From assembly GCA_905178155.1 (NCBI GenBank), contig CAJINV010000017.1, positions 612,722-676,721 on the forward strand: a stretch of 64,000 bases of DNA, written 5' to 3'. The stretch's first letter is position 1. The number at the start of each line of letters is the position of its first letter. The DNA comes from Amoebophrya sp. A120 (Eukaryota; Protista; Dinoflagellata). This document shows, in pieces, positions 40,841 to 54,565 of the stretch. The notes under the pieces are model-generated. The model did no database searches and was not told the DNA's origin. It worked only from the letters and a program-made list of their open reading frames with translations. The translations under genes and the position numbers were made by a program.

Positions 40841-41022
40841 TTAGGTGGGCCGAGGAGCTGAGCCGGTAGTCGTAGCGGACGAAGATAAGTAAATTTTTGC
40901 GTCGTGACCACTTGTGTATGATTCTTCTGTCTGTATACTTCCAGAAAGACAAGAAGACAATCTGACAGATGACATTCATGATCAAAGAACAATTTAGTTG
41001 CAGTCCACTAGATAGTCCAACA

Positions 41023-41932
41023 AACCTCCTGTGAAGGCCGTCGCCTGAGGAGATCTCCCGGTCGTAACGTGGGGAGAAGCAGGCCGCATGCTTATCAGGG
41101 CAAGCGGTTAGTGGATCTGGTTGAAAGAGTGGCCCCAGTGAATGAGGGCCGCCGCCTCTCATGATGCCACCTCGTAGACCATATATACGCGTTGGCCTTG
41201 TTGTTCTACGGAGAGCTAGCAGCAAGCAGCTCCTTGGCCCATGCGCTTGCGCTGCTGCGCAGGTTCGCAACAAAAAGGCACGCCGCCGCTGTGCTGTTTG
41301 TTGCCTGCCACCCGGGTGCCGCGGCTGCGCCTCGCGCGTCCACGGGACGCGACGGGGCAGCAAGCCGCGCGGCACCACCGACGAGCGCAGCTGCGCTACC
41401 GTTAGGGGAGCGCAGCCACCCAGATGGCTGGCCACCCCACCCTCCCGGATGCCGCCCCTTATCCGAGCTCGGCCAAGCCCATACCGAGAATTATAGCGCC
41501 GACCGTTGATAGTGCGCGGCCACCCGGTTGGTCGGTACTATGAAGAGCGCGCCACGACAGGCGAGCCCTGTGGCACCACTGAAGCGGCCACACAGCAACA
41601 CATTGGCGGCGCACAACCGCCCACGAGTTGAGCGCCCCCAGACATGCAAATGCTTGCTGTAGCTACGCAGTGCAATACCAAATCGGACGAAAATCAACGG
41701 CAGTCGTGGGGAGGTGTTGGTGTTCGTGAGGCACTACGTCCGACGCGCCTCCGAGCCGTGAGGGCACTCGGAAGGGTAGGAGAGAGGGACCGAAAGTGCA
41801 CCTACTCCGGGTGCGGGAGATCCTGGCGAGACAGATCCCACATACAATGCACTGAGACCCATCCGTCCCCTTGTACGTGCGATGTTTGTGCACAGTGGTC
41901 GGCATCACCTGTGGCTTCGATAATAATAATAA
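41023..41932 (+). mobile_element. 5'-truncated non-LTR retroelement (LINE/SINE-like) insertion
   Basis: 14-bp TSD TAGATAGTCCAACA (41009-41022, 41933-41946), (TAA)4 3' tail, GC-rich body, Cys/His-rich 3' ORF. Confidence 0.75.
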
Positions 41933-42554
41933 TAGATAGTCCAACAGCATCAAATAGCTTTAAAGTAAAGTGAAATCGAATACGTGAGCCATGGAGTAAG
42001 TCGAATTTCTAGTACCAGCATGCAGTTTTAACGCAAGCACACTTATACGAAAACAAAATTTCAAGCAAAAGTGCGTCGAATTCTGAATAGTGACCACATT
42101 TTTTCATCACTTTCCCATGAGCTTTTCTAATTCACAAAGTTGCGAGAAGGAGCACCTACGTAACAGTTTCATGCCAGTACATCATACCGAATTTGGTTCT
42201 GCTGTCGATGATTTTTCGAGCATAGACGCGTCTGCATCTTTAGCGATGCATTATTTAGGCGGTTAGCATTGTAAACTTCCACGGAAGTTAGGTGAGTTTC
42301 TATTAACACACCGCAGATATTAGTCCTGTTTCTACTTTGGTGTGTGTGGAAAAGAAGCCGTGTTCTCCCTAGATCCGTACCTCCGTCGCCCGTTCTCTGA
42401 GAGACCTTCCTGCTGCACCGGCGAAGGAAAAAATGCCGATGGTCTTGATGCAGCAATTCCATTGTGGCATCCTTTATACCTTCCTCGTAGAACACAGCTC
42501 ACCGTCACCTTACCTTTTCTTTTCCCCTAGAAATACCTACTTGTACAATCCCAG

Positions 42555-44742
42555 ATGGTAGGTCCCCGCACTCGTTCTTTCGTTTTCCGCGCTGCCGTCG
42601 CAGCGACTGCTTGCGGATTTTCATCCACCGCATTTGCTGCCGATGTCACCTCCGGCGCGAAGACGAGCAGTAAAAAAGCCACTACCTTCCGTATCACAAT
42701 GAAAAACGCCCCGACCCCCGAACTTGGGAGCATTTGCATTGCAAACCTTTCCAACAGAAACACTCGCCCTCTTGCATCTAGCAGCATCACAGATTTCCAA
42801 TCGTGAATAGCGAATATTTGTATTGCAACAGATCCCAGCAAGAGCGGCGCTTGCCATGCAAGCAATGCTATATACGCCTAGACTCTGCATCACAAAGATT
42901 CATATTCCTTTGATGCATGACAAAAAGTTTTCATTTGGAAACTTCGCATCACAAATTATTGGAACTTTTGGGGTGGGGGCATTTTTCATGGTAATATTCC
43001 GTCTGCTGAACAACCCGGAGCAGAAGGTCAATTCGCGGATCAAGTCGTTGCAGGAGCTGAAGCAGCGGCTGAAGGCGATGACCGACCAGAAGCTCCTGGC
43101 GGACCAAAAACCGCACTTGCAAGTCGTGATTACGAAAATTGACACGGCTTTGGAACAGAACAAGAAGGAGAACTCGGCGGGGAAGGAAAAGCTTTCGAGC
43201 GAGGAACAACTGAAGGAACTGAACAAGGTCGCCAAGGATGTGCAGCAGGAAGTTGAGGGGTTGAAATCCGACCTGATGAAGAAGGCGATGCAATTGGCGC
43301 AGGAACAGCACGACCTGATGGCGAAGCGCTTTCAGAACACGAAAGTGGTGGAGGAGCAAAAGACGGCGGAGGAAGCGTTTGAGAAGTTGATGGACGTCCA
43401 AGACTCGCCGTTGCAGGAACAGGTTTGGATAATAAGTAGTATGTTCAGAAGTAGTTTCTGCGCAAGGATGAACTTCTGCTCACCCGATATCCGCAACATG
43501 AAGCGTTTTTGTCAGGCATGAAATAGAACCTGAACTCCATGGACAACCATTAAAAACCACAGCTATCCGTCCTGGAAAAGTACAAATCCGACGAATTTGT
43601 CGCCCAGTTTCTGAAATCCGAGAAGTTCCAAGAGGGCGAAAATTTGGCAATGAAGCTGGGGCAGGCTTTGGACAACCGCAAGGAAATCGAAGCGAAAAAC
43701 AAGGAAGCGAAGGAGCTGCAGGTATACAACTTACTACAGCTGTTTTTTGTGGAGCACAAGCATGCGTGAGAAGAGGACTCTGTTTGATGTTTGTAAAGCA
43801 TGTATGTCAAAAAAACACGGATAGAACAATGCCAATATCCCCGCCTGCACAGGCCCTGCAGTCTGGTGCGCACCTGTCCCAGGATCAAGCCAAAACCCTG
43901 CTCCCCATCCTGCAGAAGGTGCGGGAGCATTATTGTGAGGAAAACTCCCCCCTCCCCATATCACAACGAAGTTTCTGATGCTGGACTTGCGTACACAAAT
44001 CAGACTTCGCTTGCAGAAAGTGCTTGGCGGCATTTTCCGAGCCTGTTTGGTTATGCAGAAGGCTAGCAGTTACGCATGACAAACAGGCTTGCAGTAGTCA
44101 AAAGCGCATGACAGACTGGTGTGGACTGCGCAACATGACAGACTGGTGTGGACTGCGCCACGTGGCTCCTATTGTCCTATAGGCAAGACAGAGACGATTT
44201 GTGAACACAAATCAGCATCACAAAAAATTTCCATTTCGATATGGGGAGGGGGGATGTTTCATTCTGATAAGCAGAAGCGGTTGAAGCAGCGGCGGTTGAA
44301 CCATATCAAATGTAAAAATGTCTGGGTCTGGAACCAAGCAACTTGTCATGCTAAATCTGAATCATGTAAAAATCTGTGCTGCATAATTACCAAAAGCTGT
44401 CCACTTTTGACCTAATCGAGAGGCAGTTTCTCATGCAGGATAGGCATGATAAGGATCTGGCAGAATCTGTCATGCGAGGTCCTGCATTCCAGACGACATG
44501 GATCATAGAAAATATGCATGACAAATCTAGAAATCTTCCAGACCCAGACATTTTTACAGTTGATAAACCAGGTCTCGAATCAGCTGTCCAAGTTGGAGGA
44601 CCAGGCCCGCGTGTACCGCAAACGCAAGGCGGTCTTGACGAAGGAGGAGCATGTGCTGAATGACGCGGTGGACGCCATCCAGCACGGCAAAATCGATCGG
44701 TTGACAAAAGCAATGGACACGCTGAAAGCGTTGCAGCCGTGA
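42555..44742 (+). CDS. Signal-peptide coiled-coil protein; three introners plus GT-AG introns
   Basis: N-terminus FVFRAAVAATACGFSSTAFA; heptad-like K/E/Q/L-rich body; junctions TTFR-LLNNP, KVREH-KRLKQ, RRLN-QVSNQ are in frame. Confidence 0.75.
42692..42996. mobile_element. Introner, family B, TSD TTCCG
   Basis: TATCACAATGAAAAACGCCCCGACCCCCGAAC / TTTTGGGGTGGGGGCATTTTTCATGGTAATA; colinear with 5336-5643. Confidence 0.92.
43931..44269. mobile_element. Introner, family C, TSD AGCAT/AGCAG
   Basis: IR core TCCCCCCTCCCCATATC / GATATGGGGAGGGGGGA; internal tandem CATGACAGACTGGTGTGGACTGCGC x2; frame restored. Confidence 0.85.
44304..44565. mobile_element. Introner, family A (A2), TSD AACCA
   Basis: TATCAAATGTAAAAATGTCTGGGTCTGGAA / TTCCAGACCCAGACATTTTTACAGTTGATA. 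Confidence 0.95.
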
Positions 44743-45473
44743 ATGGGATCATGGCTTGAAGATTGAGATTCATTTTCCCGGGGGAAATGAAAAAGACCAA
44801 AGTACTTAAACAAAAGCAAATTTCTTTTCCGAAGAAGCGAAAGGAACGACGTCACAGAGAAGTGACAGAAAGAACCTTTTTTCCGTAGAAACAAGAAAGA
44901 AGAGAAGCTGGAAGTAGAGGAGGGCGTCTCCTACGCCTGGGTCTGAATATGACAATTTTGCCATGATTGATGTTTTATTCCGCGATAGTACAAACTGAAA
45001 ATCACATCGGTGCGACGAGAAAGCGCGCTGTGCACACCTCGGTTTTTTATTTCGTTCTTTGCGAACGAACTCGTCAAAAATGCGTGTCACGTATTCGCGA
45101 TCGAGATCGGTTTGTTTGTTTTAGATTTACGTGTACTCTACACGCGCCGAAAAATCGGTTTGTTTGAGCGATTTCCCGACGAATCGGTTGAATTTAATGT
45201 ACAAGTACTTATCCACGTCTTCCCACTTAACCTTGACATGTGCTTATTAGGCTTTTTGTTCTTCTCCGTTGATTTATATCAAATGTGTTTCACTTACACT
45301 GTCACTGATTCATCAGGCTCGCTCGTGTGTCATCTCTACCCCTTTTTTGTAAACAAAATCACAATCATTATTTGCCTACCCTTCCCTACGTATACATGAG
45401 TTTGCTACTTGTTTTTGACCCGCCGCCTTGTCGCCTTTGCTTTACTCGTCTCCCCTGAAGACGACCACTCGTC

Positions 45474-48400
45474 ATGATGAAAGTAAATTTCAGAAACGAT
45501 TTTGTCGCGTTGGACTGTCTTCGGCTTTCCGGAGAAGTGATCACGTACATTGTTGACCCGGAACTGATCCAGACCGTCCAGGATTTCAAGGTCTACCTGA
45601 ATTACCTCGAAGGCATCCCCGTGTCCCTGATCTCCGTGTTTCATGTCAAAACGGCCACAGCCGGAGGAGATGAATTATCTGGCTCTAAGGTTGGGAGTTC
45701 TTCTTCCAGGAGACCGTCGAAAGAAAGCAACGCTGTCGGTCCTCCAGGAGTAAATTTCCAAGCGAGCGAAAGCGGTTCGGCGTTCGAAGAGGAGGACCAA
45801 GCTGCAGGCGATGCCACGAATCCACTTCAGACTTGCTCGAAATCCACCGCAGGAGGAAATGGTGCGGCTTTGACGGAGGAGCTTCTAGAAGACAGCATTC
45901 TGCTCTCTGAGCTGACGCTGAATTCGCAATTAACGTCGCAGCAGCATCCGGGGTCTAGTACAACAAGTTCTTCCGACAGCTGTGTAATTCTGGTCACACC
46001 ACGAAACATCAAGGCTAACGCTAACGCATCTTCTTCGCAGCAAGCCCTCGCGGCCGAACTTCACTCCCGAGTCCAGCTCCGACTCATTATCAACGGGGTT
46101 GCGTTTCCGAAGGAAGTTAACTCCGATTTTTCCTTCCTCAACCAACTGGGTTTGGAGAAGTGCCGGCAGTGGGTTTTCTTGGAGGCTTTCAAGGACTGCC
46201 ATATGAAATGCAAATATGTCTGGGTCTGGAAGATTCTTACATTTGTCATGTATGTCTGACATGACTCGAGAATCAATCTGTGATGCATGGGCACGAAAAG
46301 ACTCTCCTATCTGTCATGCAAAAACGCAGCTTCTCATGCGGAACACGCAACACATAGCAGCTCAAAAATTTGTCATGCTGGGCTGCGTATTGCAGTCCGG
46401 CTATCATCCACTTTTTGCATCACAAGTTTCCAGACCCAGACATGTTTGCATTTGATATGCCAGTTGTACGAGCAGTTGAAGGACAAATCCGCGTTTTTCT
46501 GCCGGGTCTGCAAACAGCACCGGGAGGCGGGGAACGTGATCCTAGCGCTGGCGGAGTCTCCGAAATTGATCGAGTTTTTGGATTTCCGAACCGAGATGCC
46601 CGTGCTGAACGCGGAGGTCATGCCGGGGTATTACTACGTGGAGCAGGGCTGTACTGCTAATATTTTTTGCACTGGGGAAGAACAAGGAAGGAACGTTAAA
46701 GGTAGAAGCACCAGCGTAATTGCCATGAACGCGACCAACAGGAACCCGAAGGACCCTGCGGGGGTGCACGATACAGCTGAACACGACAGCACTGAGGAAG
46801 TAGTAGACCATCCAGCAGCAGCCACTGCTGCTGCTGCTGCAGAAAATAAGCCAGTACAACATCAACAGCAAGCGAGTAGAAAGACCACTCGCCGCGGGTT
46901 GACCACCGGTGATCTCATCCACAATCGGACCAGTGATGTTGGAGAAGGTGAGAACCAAACACCGGAACAGGCCCTGTATTCTGTTCTGGAACAACTCCGG
47001 TTCCAGAACAGCGGGATGATGCAGCGGGATTTCCTGCCAGCCACGGCGAGCAAACGACCATTAATCGTCGGTGCGGATTCGTCCTTTGAGCATCTGGTTC
47101 AGGCTGCGCGGAAGCCGAATAACAGTGGCGGGTCGTCTGCATCTACTACTAATTCGCCGGTGAGTAGAACTGCAGCTCTACTTTCGCCGGACGACCCGAA
47201 TTGGACTAAGGAGACGCTGAAAGACAGTGATGTAGAAGCTGTTTTGGAATTGGAGGATGAGAAAAATGGTATTCACGATGATGCAGGACGAGGAGGTCGT
47301 GCTCTCCCCGGAGGGGTCGGGGAAGCACGAACCATCGGACGCGAGATCAGAGGGGTAAGGCCGGCCCAAGACGAGGCCGAGCCAGAGACATACAACCTCC
47401 CGCAAGTTACCGACCGCTCTCCCTGCGCAGTAACTGGGTACTGCCCCCTTTTGCACAGCAGGTCCGCGATTTTGGGAAACACCGACCCGGAGATAGTACT
47501 GGAACAGGAGCGCGCAAGTCTTCTACACCAGGAGAGCGCCTCCAGGAGCGACTTCTCTAATGAGCGCGGAGCAGCACAAGCACGACTACAAGAAGAAAAC
47601 CTAGAAACCCAGCCGGGTTGTACAACTGCTGCAAAGGCATCAGATGACGTTGATGCTGTAGTTTCATCGGCGCACGATACTGCCACGGAGGACGATGATG
47701 TGCTTGATGTCCCAGCGGGACGAGAAGAAGAGCCTAGAACAAATGCAGGGGTCCCTAGAGGACCGCCGGCGCATCAACAGCCGGAGGGTGAACAGGTGAA
47801 TCCGAATACCGGGTCGGAGACAGAGGTTTATGACCCGCACGTGTATTCCTACTACACGTTTCTCTACGATAGAGAGCGATCGTCAGCTGGGTCACAAGAT
47901 TTTTCAAACAAAAACCATGCTGGAACGGAAGTACAAGACGACTTCAAGCTGAACGGTGACGCAGCACAGGATCATTTTCAACGAAACGGGAATGTTGACG
48001 CTCTACTTCCTGAGGATTTCGGCAAAGGAAAGACCGGCGGCTTATGCTTACCCTCCACTTCGCGTTCGCAACAAGCGCTCCAACATCTGCCGAGAAACGA
48101 CCACTCGTTTTGCCTCAGCGAAGCTGAAGACCGGAATGCGCCGGCCTCGGGTAAATCTTCCGCGACCTTCTGTCCGATTGCGTCGCATTCCCTACTTTAC
48201 ACCATCTTCAACGAAGCCGAAAACGCATTTTTTAGCTCGGTGAAGGAGCAGTCCATGCCCTCCAACTACAAGAGCGGTACAGCAACAACGCAACATGCCC
48301 TGAAAAGGACGCAGAGCTCGGAATCCTGTTTGAAACGGAAAACGACTGCAGTCTCGAGCGATAAGCAGCCGGCAAGATTGCCCGATGCTGAGAAAAACAG

Positions 48401-50504
48401 CCATTTTTCTCACGACGTACTGCAACACTCAGGGGGCACGACTTCTAGCAGTGATGCAAAGACGGCAAGAGAAGGCGAACTCCCCTGGGGGTACAACACC
48501 GGGTATCATGTGTCTTCTCCTTCGCAGTGGCACCGTCCTACTACCCTCTCCCCGGCCGGCCTGGGACCATCGAACTACAGAGTTGTTGTAGATGAACACT
48601 CGACCTACCGCTCGCCCAATTTTGGGGGGATTTTCCGCCGGAGGAAAAGGATGAACCGGATGAGCTCCGCGACCGACAAGCAACTTCTGTACCAAAAAGC
48701 GATCGCCATGTACTATGAGGAGCAGCAGCACGCCAGTGGGAGCTCCGCATCCAGGCTTTTCTGCGACCCCGAGCTGCTTTATTACCAGTCGGAGCCAGAG
48801 GACCTGGAAACAAAGTCCTACGACTTTCACCCCGTTTCGCGGGATCACCATCACATGCTCTTCCGCCATCAAGGCGGGTTTGGGAAAAAGACGGCATCAG
48901 GTGGGGTCGTACAACTGAACAATCAGGGCGGGAGTGCTACAACAACACCGGCAGGAGGACATCTTCATACCGGAAATAAATCGAGTGTATTTCATCTTTC
49001 GGCACCATCGTCGACGAAAAAACCGGTTTCCAAGTCAACGCACGTTGTGGAGTTGCTTCGAGAGGAGCACAGTTCGTTTTCCCCTTCGGACGATGAAGAC
49101 AAGCAGTTAGACGCGGACATTCAAGTCCAGAAAGTGCTAGAATTGGGCATAAGACAACACAATCAACATCATCTTCATCACAAGAAAGTGAAAGAGGATG
49201 CACAGGTGGAGCACAATTCATTTTCGAAAAAACTGACGGCAGCAATGGAGGCACAGAAGAGCCCGAAAATTTTCAGCCGGACAGAATTTGAACTTGAAAA
49301 TAACGGAGAAAATCATCCAACAGCGGACTCTTACAGCGTCACTGTCTTCCAGCACGAAGAAAAAGTTGAAAATATTTGTCACCCGACCAGTAGTTCCGCA
49401 ATACACTTACACGCCGAGATCATGTCAGCAGACCGAAGGGAAGTAGAGGCCGCGCAAGAAATGAATTACCTTGGAGAACAAGAAACTACAACAAGTCAGC
49501 CCCCGAATACAACAGCAACTACCGAGATTTACCACGGTCCCATGACGCTGTCCGAGTACCTGAATTACATCAATAGCACGTCCGGGGAAGATGACACCAG
49601 TCCTTCGGGATCCGACCCGACCACCGCCTGTCCGCTGACCAGCAGTGAACAGCAGAGCTCGCTGGGCAATCTCAGTCCCAGAAGCACAGTCTCTCCTGTC
49701 CTCGGGGGTGGGGCGGCAGCAGCAGCATCTTCCGTGGCAGCGGTCACAGGAGCAGGTGCAAGTACAACTAGCTGGACTTCTAACAATATCCTCTCTCCTA
49801 CATTATCACCAGGAGCTTCTCCGTCCTTGTCCACACGAATGGCTTTAGTGGAAGACGAAATCTCCGCCGCATTCGAAAACCGCACGCTGTCCACGCCAGC
49901 GAGAACAAGTCATGTCGATAGCAACAAGTTCGACACAAGTAGCTCGCACAGAGACCACCATAGTACTCATTTTGCGGGAACATTAAACACCAACCACGAC
50001 AGCTTCGAGCAAACCCTGCAGCAACGGACGCAACTGCTCTTTGAGCACAGCACGCGATCCAGCAATACAACTGCAAATCCGTCCCTACAACAACACAGTA
50101 GCACGAAGTACAAGCTCCACTACGACATGCTGAACTACGTGGATGACACGGGAAGAACCCCTTTAGCCTGGCTCCTCGTCTGGAAACACGAGCAGGCGGC
50201 GACCAGCGTAATCCGGAGGGCGGACTTTGTCAACGTAAACACGAAAGACAAGTGGGGCGGGATGCTGTTAACGCTCGCCGTGCCGCAAAACCGGCTGTTT
50301 TTGGAGATTGCGCGGAGGAGAGCAAAGGATCTGTACCTGCAGTCGATCGAAGACGTCTTGCAAAGCGGATTGCCGGCGTTCCGACTGGCGGTGAAATTAG
50401 GACTGGCGGAGAAGCGGGAGCACATTCTGAAATCGCAAGAAAAAATTTTGTCCTTTCTCTGCGACCGGAAGCGGGCGCGGGAGGAGATGGCGAAGTTGGA
50501 ATGA
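45474..50504 (+). CDS. Large low-complexity protein with a possible ubiquitin-like N-terminus and C-terminal ankyrin repeats
   Basis: LNYVDDTGRTPLAWLL...VNTKDKWGGMLLTLAV is ankyrin-like; ORFs joined FKDCQ-LYEQL after introner removal. Confidence 0.65.
46202..46457. mobile_element. Introner, family A (A3), TSD TGCCA
   Basis: TATGAAATGCAAATATGTCTGGGTCTGGAA / TTCCAGACCCAGACATGTTTGCATTTGATA; 261-nt removal is in frame. Confidence 0.95.
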
Positions 50505-51283
50505 AGGAAAGATGTTGACAATTTTGAATTTTCATTTTGGAGCTAAGTACTCTGTTTTGAATCGTTTTCGTTTTGACGTGTGCGTTTTGAGTTTGATATG
50601 AGGACGAAAAGAAAAGGATCTTGCCTTTCTAGATATGATAATCTTCTTGTCCTAGTGTGAAAATAAGAACAGTCTGGTCGTGCCTCGCCAGGCCGCCGAA
50701 TTAGTTCGTGTGTTACATAGAAGCGCTTTCAAGGTGAACTTCATTTATCGAAAATAAGAAAGCTCCTGATCTGTCTCTGTGTCATTCTCATTCATTTTTC
50801 TTTTTTCTCGCAACTACAAGCACAACCTCCCGTGCACGTAAACGATGGAACGCATATTGCTACGCTGAAAATCTTGATTCCATTGCACGTTATTGCAAAA
50901 AGAAGCAGTTTTGCTTCTGAGTCGGAGCTACGATTAACGAACATCGTCCGGACGAATCCTGCTTATGGGCACGTACGGCCACTCGTTCTATTTGGTGGAA
51001 AGGCTGAAGATGTTCTATTGGGTGGGTGTCCTTTGCTTGGTGCAGTGTGAGAGTACGTTCTTTGCGTTGGCGTTCGCCGAGGGAGCTGTTTCATGTTAGA
51101 GTGCTTTATGCCATCCGCGGGCGCACAAAAGGATGGGGTAAATTTTTTGAGACGACGAGTGAGTGCCTACAAAGTCGCACACCTCGGAAGACTTCTGTAC
51201 TCTCATCACTTTGAGATAGTTCATCGGAGCGGTCGCGCGACCACGGGGTTACATCGAAAGGCCATGGCCGAAGGTCGACCGCG

Positions 51284-53906
51284 GTGAAGACTGGCTGGGC
51301 CGCGCAAGGTCGTCGCGGCATAGAAAATAACCTTCGGCGTGCCCCCGGGAAGAGCATACTTAACGACGCAGTAGACCCGATCCCTCCGACCCTTTCCGCG
51401 AAAGAACACGAGGCCGAAAAAATGTTGCAAACTACATCAACCGAGCGGTACATTTTAACGCAGTTTCAGACGTTTCTGCAGCAGACCGCCGGGACTACGG
51501 AGCTCTTCTCCCCGACCAATGTGGAGGCGCAAAACTTCGGCCTGCTCGTCGGCTTTCGGGAGCTAGGGGACCGGTCGTTCTTCCTCCTGGTTTTGCTCTC
51601 CGCGCTGTTTGGCAAAACGTTGAGCTGCCACTTGGTCACAGCGCTGGTGTTCGCGTTCTTGTTGCAGGTTGCGGTAGTGCTGAGTTTGGCCAGTTTTAAG
51701 AATGAAGGAGCACAACTACCAGGAGGCGCAGCGGGGGCTTCCGGAAGGGAACCAGCAGCTCATTCCGCACACTCGTCTGAAGTCACGAGTACCACCAGCA
51801 AAGGCAGCGCAATCTTCACATCAGGTCCCTACGACAATGCCAATTTTGACTTTCGCACCGTGTCCACCCACGCGCAGATTGCCACGATTGCCTGCTTTTT
51901 CTTCCTGACGCTGAAAATTTTCTTTGTGGATTTAGCGAAGGCCGACAATGGTTGGGGGCTGTGCGGGGGTGGTAGTACAACAGGGAACTACGGCAACGAG
52001 TCCGCCGCGGGGTTTGTGGAAGAGGACGAATTTGAAGAAGACGAGGACATATCAAGTGCAAATATGTCTGGGTCTGCAACATAGCAACTTGTCATGCTAC
52101 GTCTGAATCATGCAAGAATCTGTTTTGCATCAGTATCAAAAGCCGTCCTTTTTTGACCAAGGTGAGAGAGTTTCTCATGCAGAATAGGCATGATAGAGAT
52201 CTCACAGAATCTGTCATGCTAGGTCCTGCATTCCAGACCTCATGGGTCATCGAAAGCCTGCGTTACAAATCGCGTACTTACTCTACCAGACCCAGACATA
52301 TTTGCATTTGATAGGACGCGGTGGACGTCGTGTACTTGGACGCGTCCGGGCAGATTGCGCACAACGCCGGGGTATCAAATGTAAAAATGTCTGGGTCTGG
52401 AAACTTGTGATGCTGGGTGGCGTCTCATGATGAGGCCACAAATGCTGGATCAGCATGACAAGTTTCTGAGCTTCTAGGTGTTGCTTATTCTGCATGACAA
52501 ACTGCGTTTCTGCATCACAGAAAGATGGGGCTCTTGGGTAATGTGCATGACAGATTTAAGGGTCATGCCAGACAAGCATGACAAACATGCATTCTTCCAG
52601 ATCCAGACATATTTGCAATCCATACGGGGAGATGTACCGAAACGCGGCGCAACAGGATGAAGATTACTACAGCGACGCCGGTGCGACACCCAGAAATAGC
52701 AATAGTCGGGCGTCTGTGGGTATATTGGCGAGGGTTTTTTCTTCTCTTTGCATAGAAAAGCTAGGACCTAGTAGTTGTGGAATTCGAAACAAGAAATTCA
52801 GGGGTGATCACATTGACAGCAAATAATGATTCAGCACACACCAACATGTACATGAAGCGCAGTTACTTTTTTCAATTTGCTTTTGTTGTCTATTGCATGC
52901 TTGATGGACATGACTTTCCCATGAACCGGATCAGGTAGCTCCCGCGACATCGAAACCGGAGAGGCCGACGGTCTGCTTTCAGCAGGTCGTGGAGACGAGC
53001 AAGCGAGATTAGCATCGCAGTCCTCAGCGGCCTCGAGCGGACGATCACACGAGTACACGACGTCGACACCCTCTACGAGGTCTTCTTCCCCCGCTACTGA
53101 GCCTCCCGCCCACATGCTTGTTCAACAGCGCAAAGCGAGCTTCACCGGTTGCGGAACGAGGGGCTGGGGTAGTAGTTCTTACAACTACCGTGGAACAACC
53201 AATTTCTACACGACCGCGTTTGCCAAAAACGCCCTGCCCACGCATCAAAAATACCAACAACTGGTGCAGCAGCAGTACCAAAGCACGGGGAGTTTCATGG
53301 AATGCTTCGAACAGGGGTCCTACGTGTTCGCACTAACAACTCTGCTCTTCTTGCTCCATTTGGAAGATCGGGGACAGCAATTACTGTCGGAGCGAATTGA
53401 GGAAGAATTTCTTGTCGGGGAGGTGCGCAGGTAGGAGTCGACACTTTTTGTTGCTGTGATAATGGAGGTCTGAGTGTGCTGTAAGATGATTTTCTATCAC
53501 TCCTCGTGCACGCGCTCGGCTCTTGCAGTGGTATTTATTTGCGCAGTTTCATTTTCACTGTCTACACCAATCCCAGGTATTGTCAAATAAATTTCACGAC
53601 ATTCACAGCTGGCAGCTTCTGACGATTGGCACGTCCGTGCTTCTCCTTTCCCGGTTCCTCGCTGTTTGTGCAGGCTTCGTCCTGCAGTGGATGCTGACGA
53701 GACGAGCCGTGATGGTGCTGTGCATTTTGGCTTTTGCGGGATTCGTGCTTTCCGAAGGATGTACTGCCGCAGCGGAAAATTTGGAATCAAATTCCATAGG
53801 TCATGCAGAGAGGACGAGGAGGGGTAGCTCTTTATCTTTTGGCACGGCGTTTCGTGCTGGGAGGTCTGCCCTTCAAACAACGCCGTCTTCTTCAGGGGCT
53901 TTTTAA
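51284..53906 (+). CDS. GDT1/TMEM165 (UPF0016)-like cation antiporter, divergent; start uncertain
   Basis: Signature ELGDRSFF followed by TM helices; degenerate second repeat LHLEDRGQ; acidic central loop. Confidence 0.65.
52050..52313. mobile_element. Introner, family A (A2), TSD GGACA/GGACG
   Basis: TATCAAGTGCAAATATGTCTGGGTCTG / CAGACCCAGACATATTTGCATTTGATA. Confidence 0.92.
52373..52624. mobile_element. Introner, family A (A3, inverted relative to 35709), TSD CGGGG
   Basis: Reverse complement aligns with 35709-35960; gives HNAG-EMYRN. Confidence 0.93.
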
Positions 53907-54565
53907 GTACCTTCAGGCGCACTGAGACTCTTACTTAATTACAAGCAATTGGGCGGTTTTGTTAATAGGAAGCACAAGCAAGTGTGTAGTGGACACGAGA
54001 CGGGCACAGTGGGCCTCAAGGTTGTTGTTTTTTTCCGAAAATTTATTTGTCCACATGAAAACGAAAACGAATATGAAAATCACCAGGCGTTACAGAGATT
54101 CCCTCGCAATGAAACAGCATGCGTGAAACTTACAGACAGTCGAAGATGAAAGAGCAGGAGTTCGTTTTTCTCGTGCTAATACCATCGTTGGGAAGTTGTA
54201 CTTAGATAGTTGTACTTAGATAGTTGTAGAAATAGAAGAAGTTGGAAGAACAATTCGATGTCGTCGTAACTGTCGTCTGGTCGTCGCCATGTGTTGAAGC
54301 CTTTCTGATTCGTCGCTCCGCGTAAGTAGTAAGTGCACTCTATTTATTCGTGCTCTTCGCGTTATCATGACATAAAATTTCTTTTGCTTCCACAAAAAGC
54401 GTTATGAAGCTTAATTCAAGTAGAGAGGCGTCTTGTTCCCAAGAAGATCTGAAGCCTAGATAGAAGCCAGCACGGGTTTTTTTCTTGAAGCACAAGAAGA
54501 GTAAGGAGTAAGTGCCCGATCTTGTTGTTTCTTGTGCCTGAAAAAGAAGTCTTCTTTTCTTCAAA

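Noticed and set aside
54195-54235. Short tandem repeat GTTGTACTTAGATA
   Set aside because: About 2.5 copies in intergenic DNA; an ordinary local duplication
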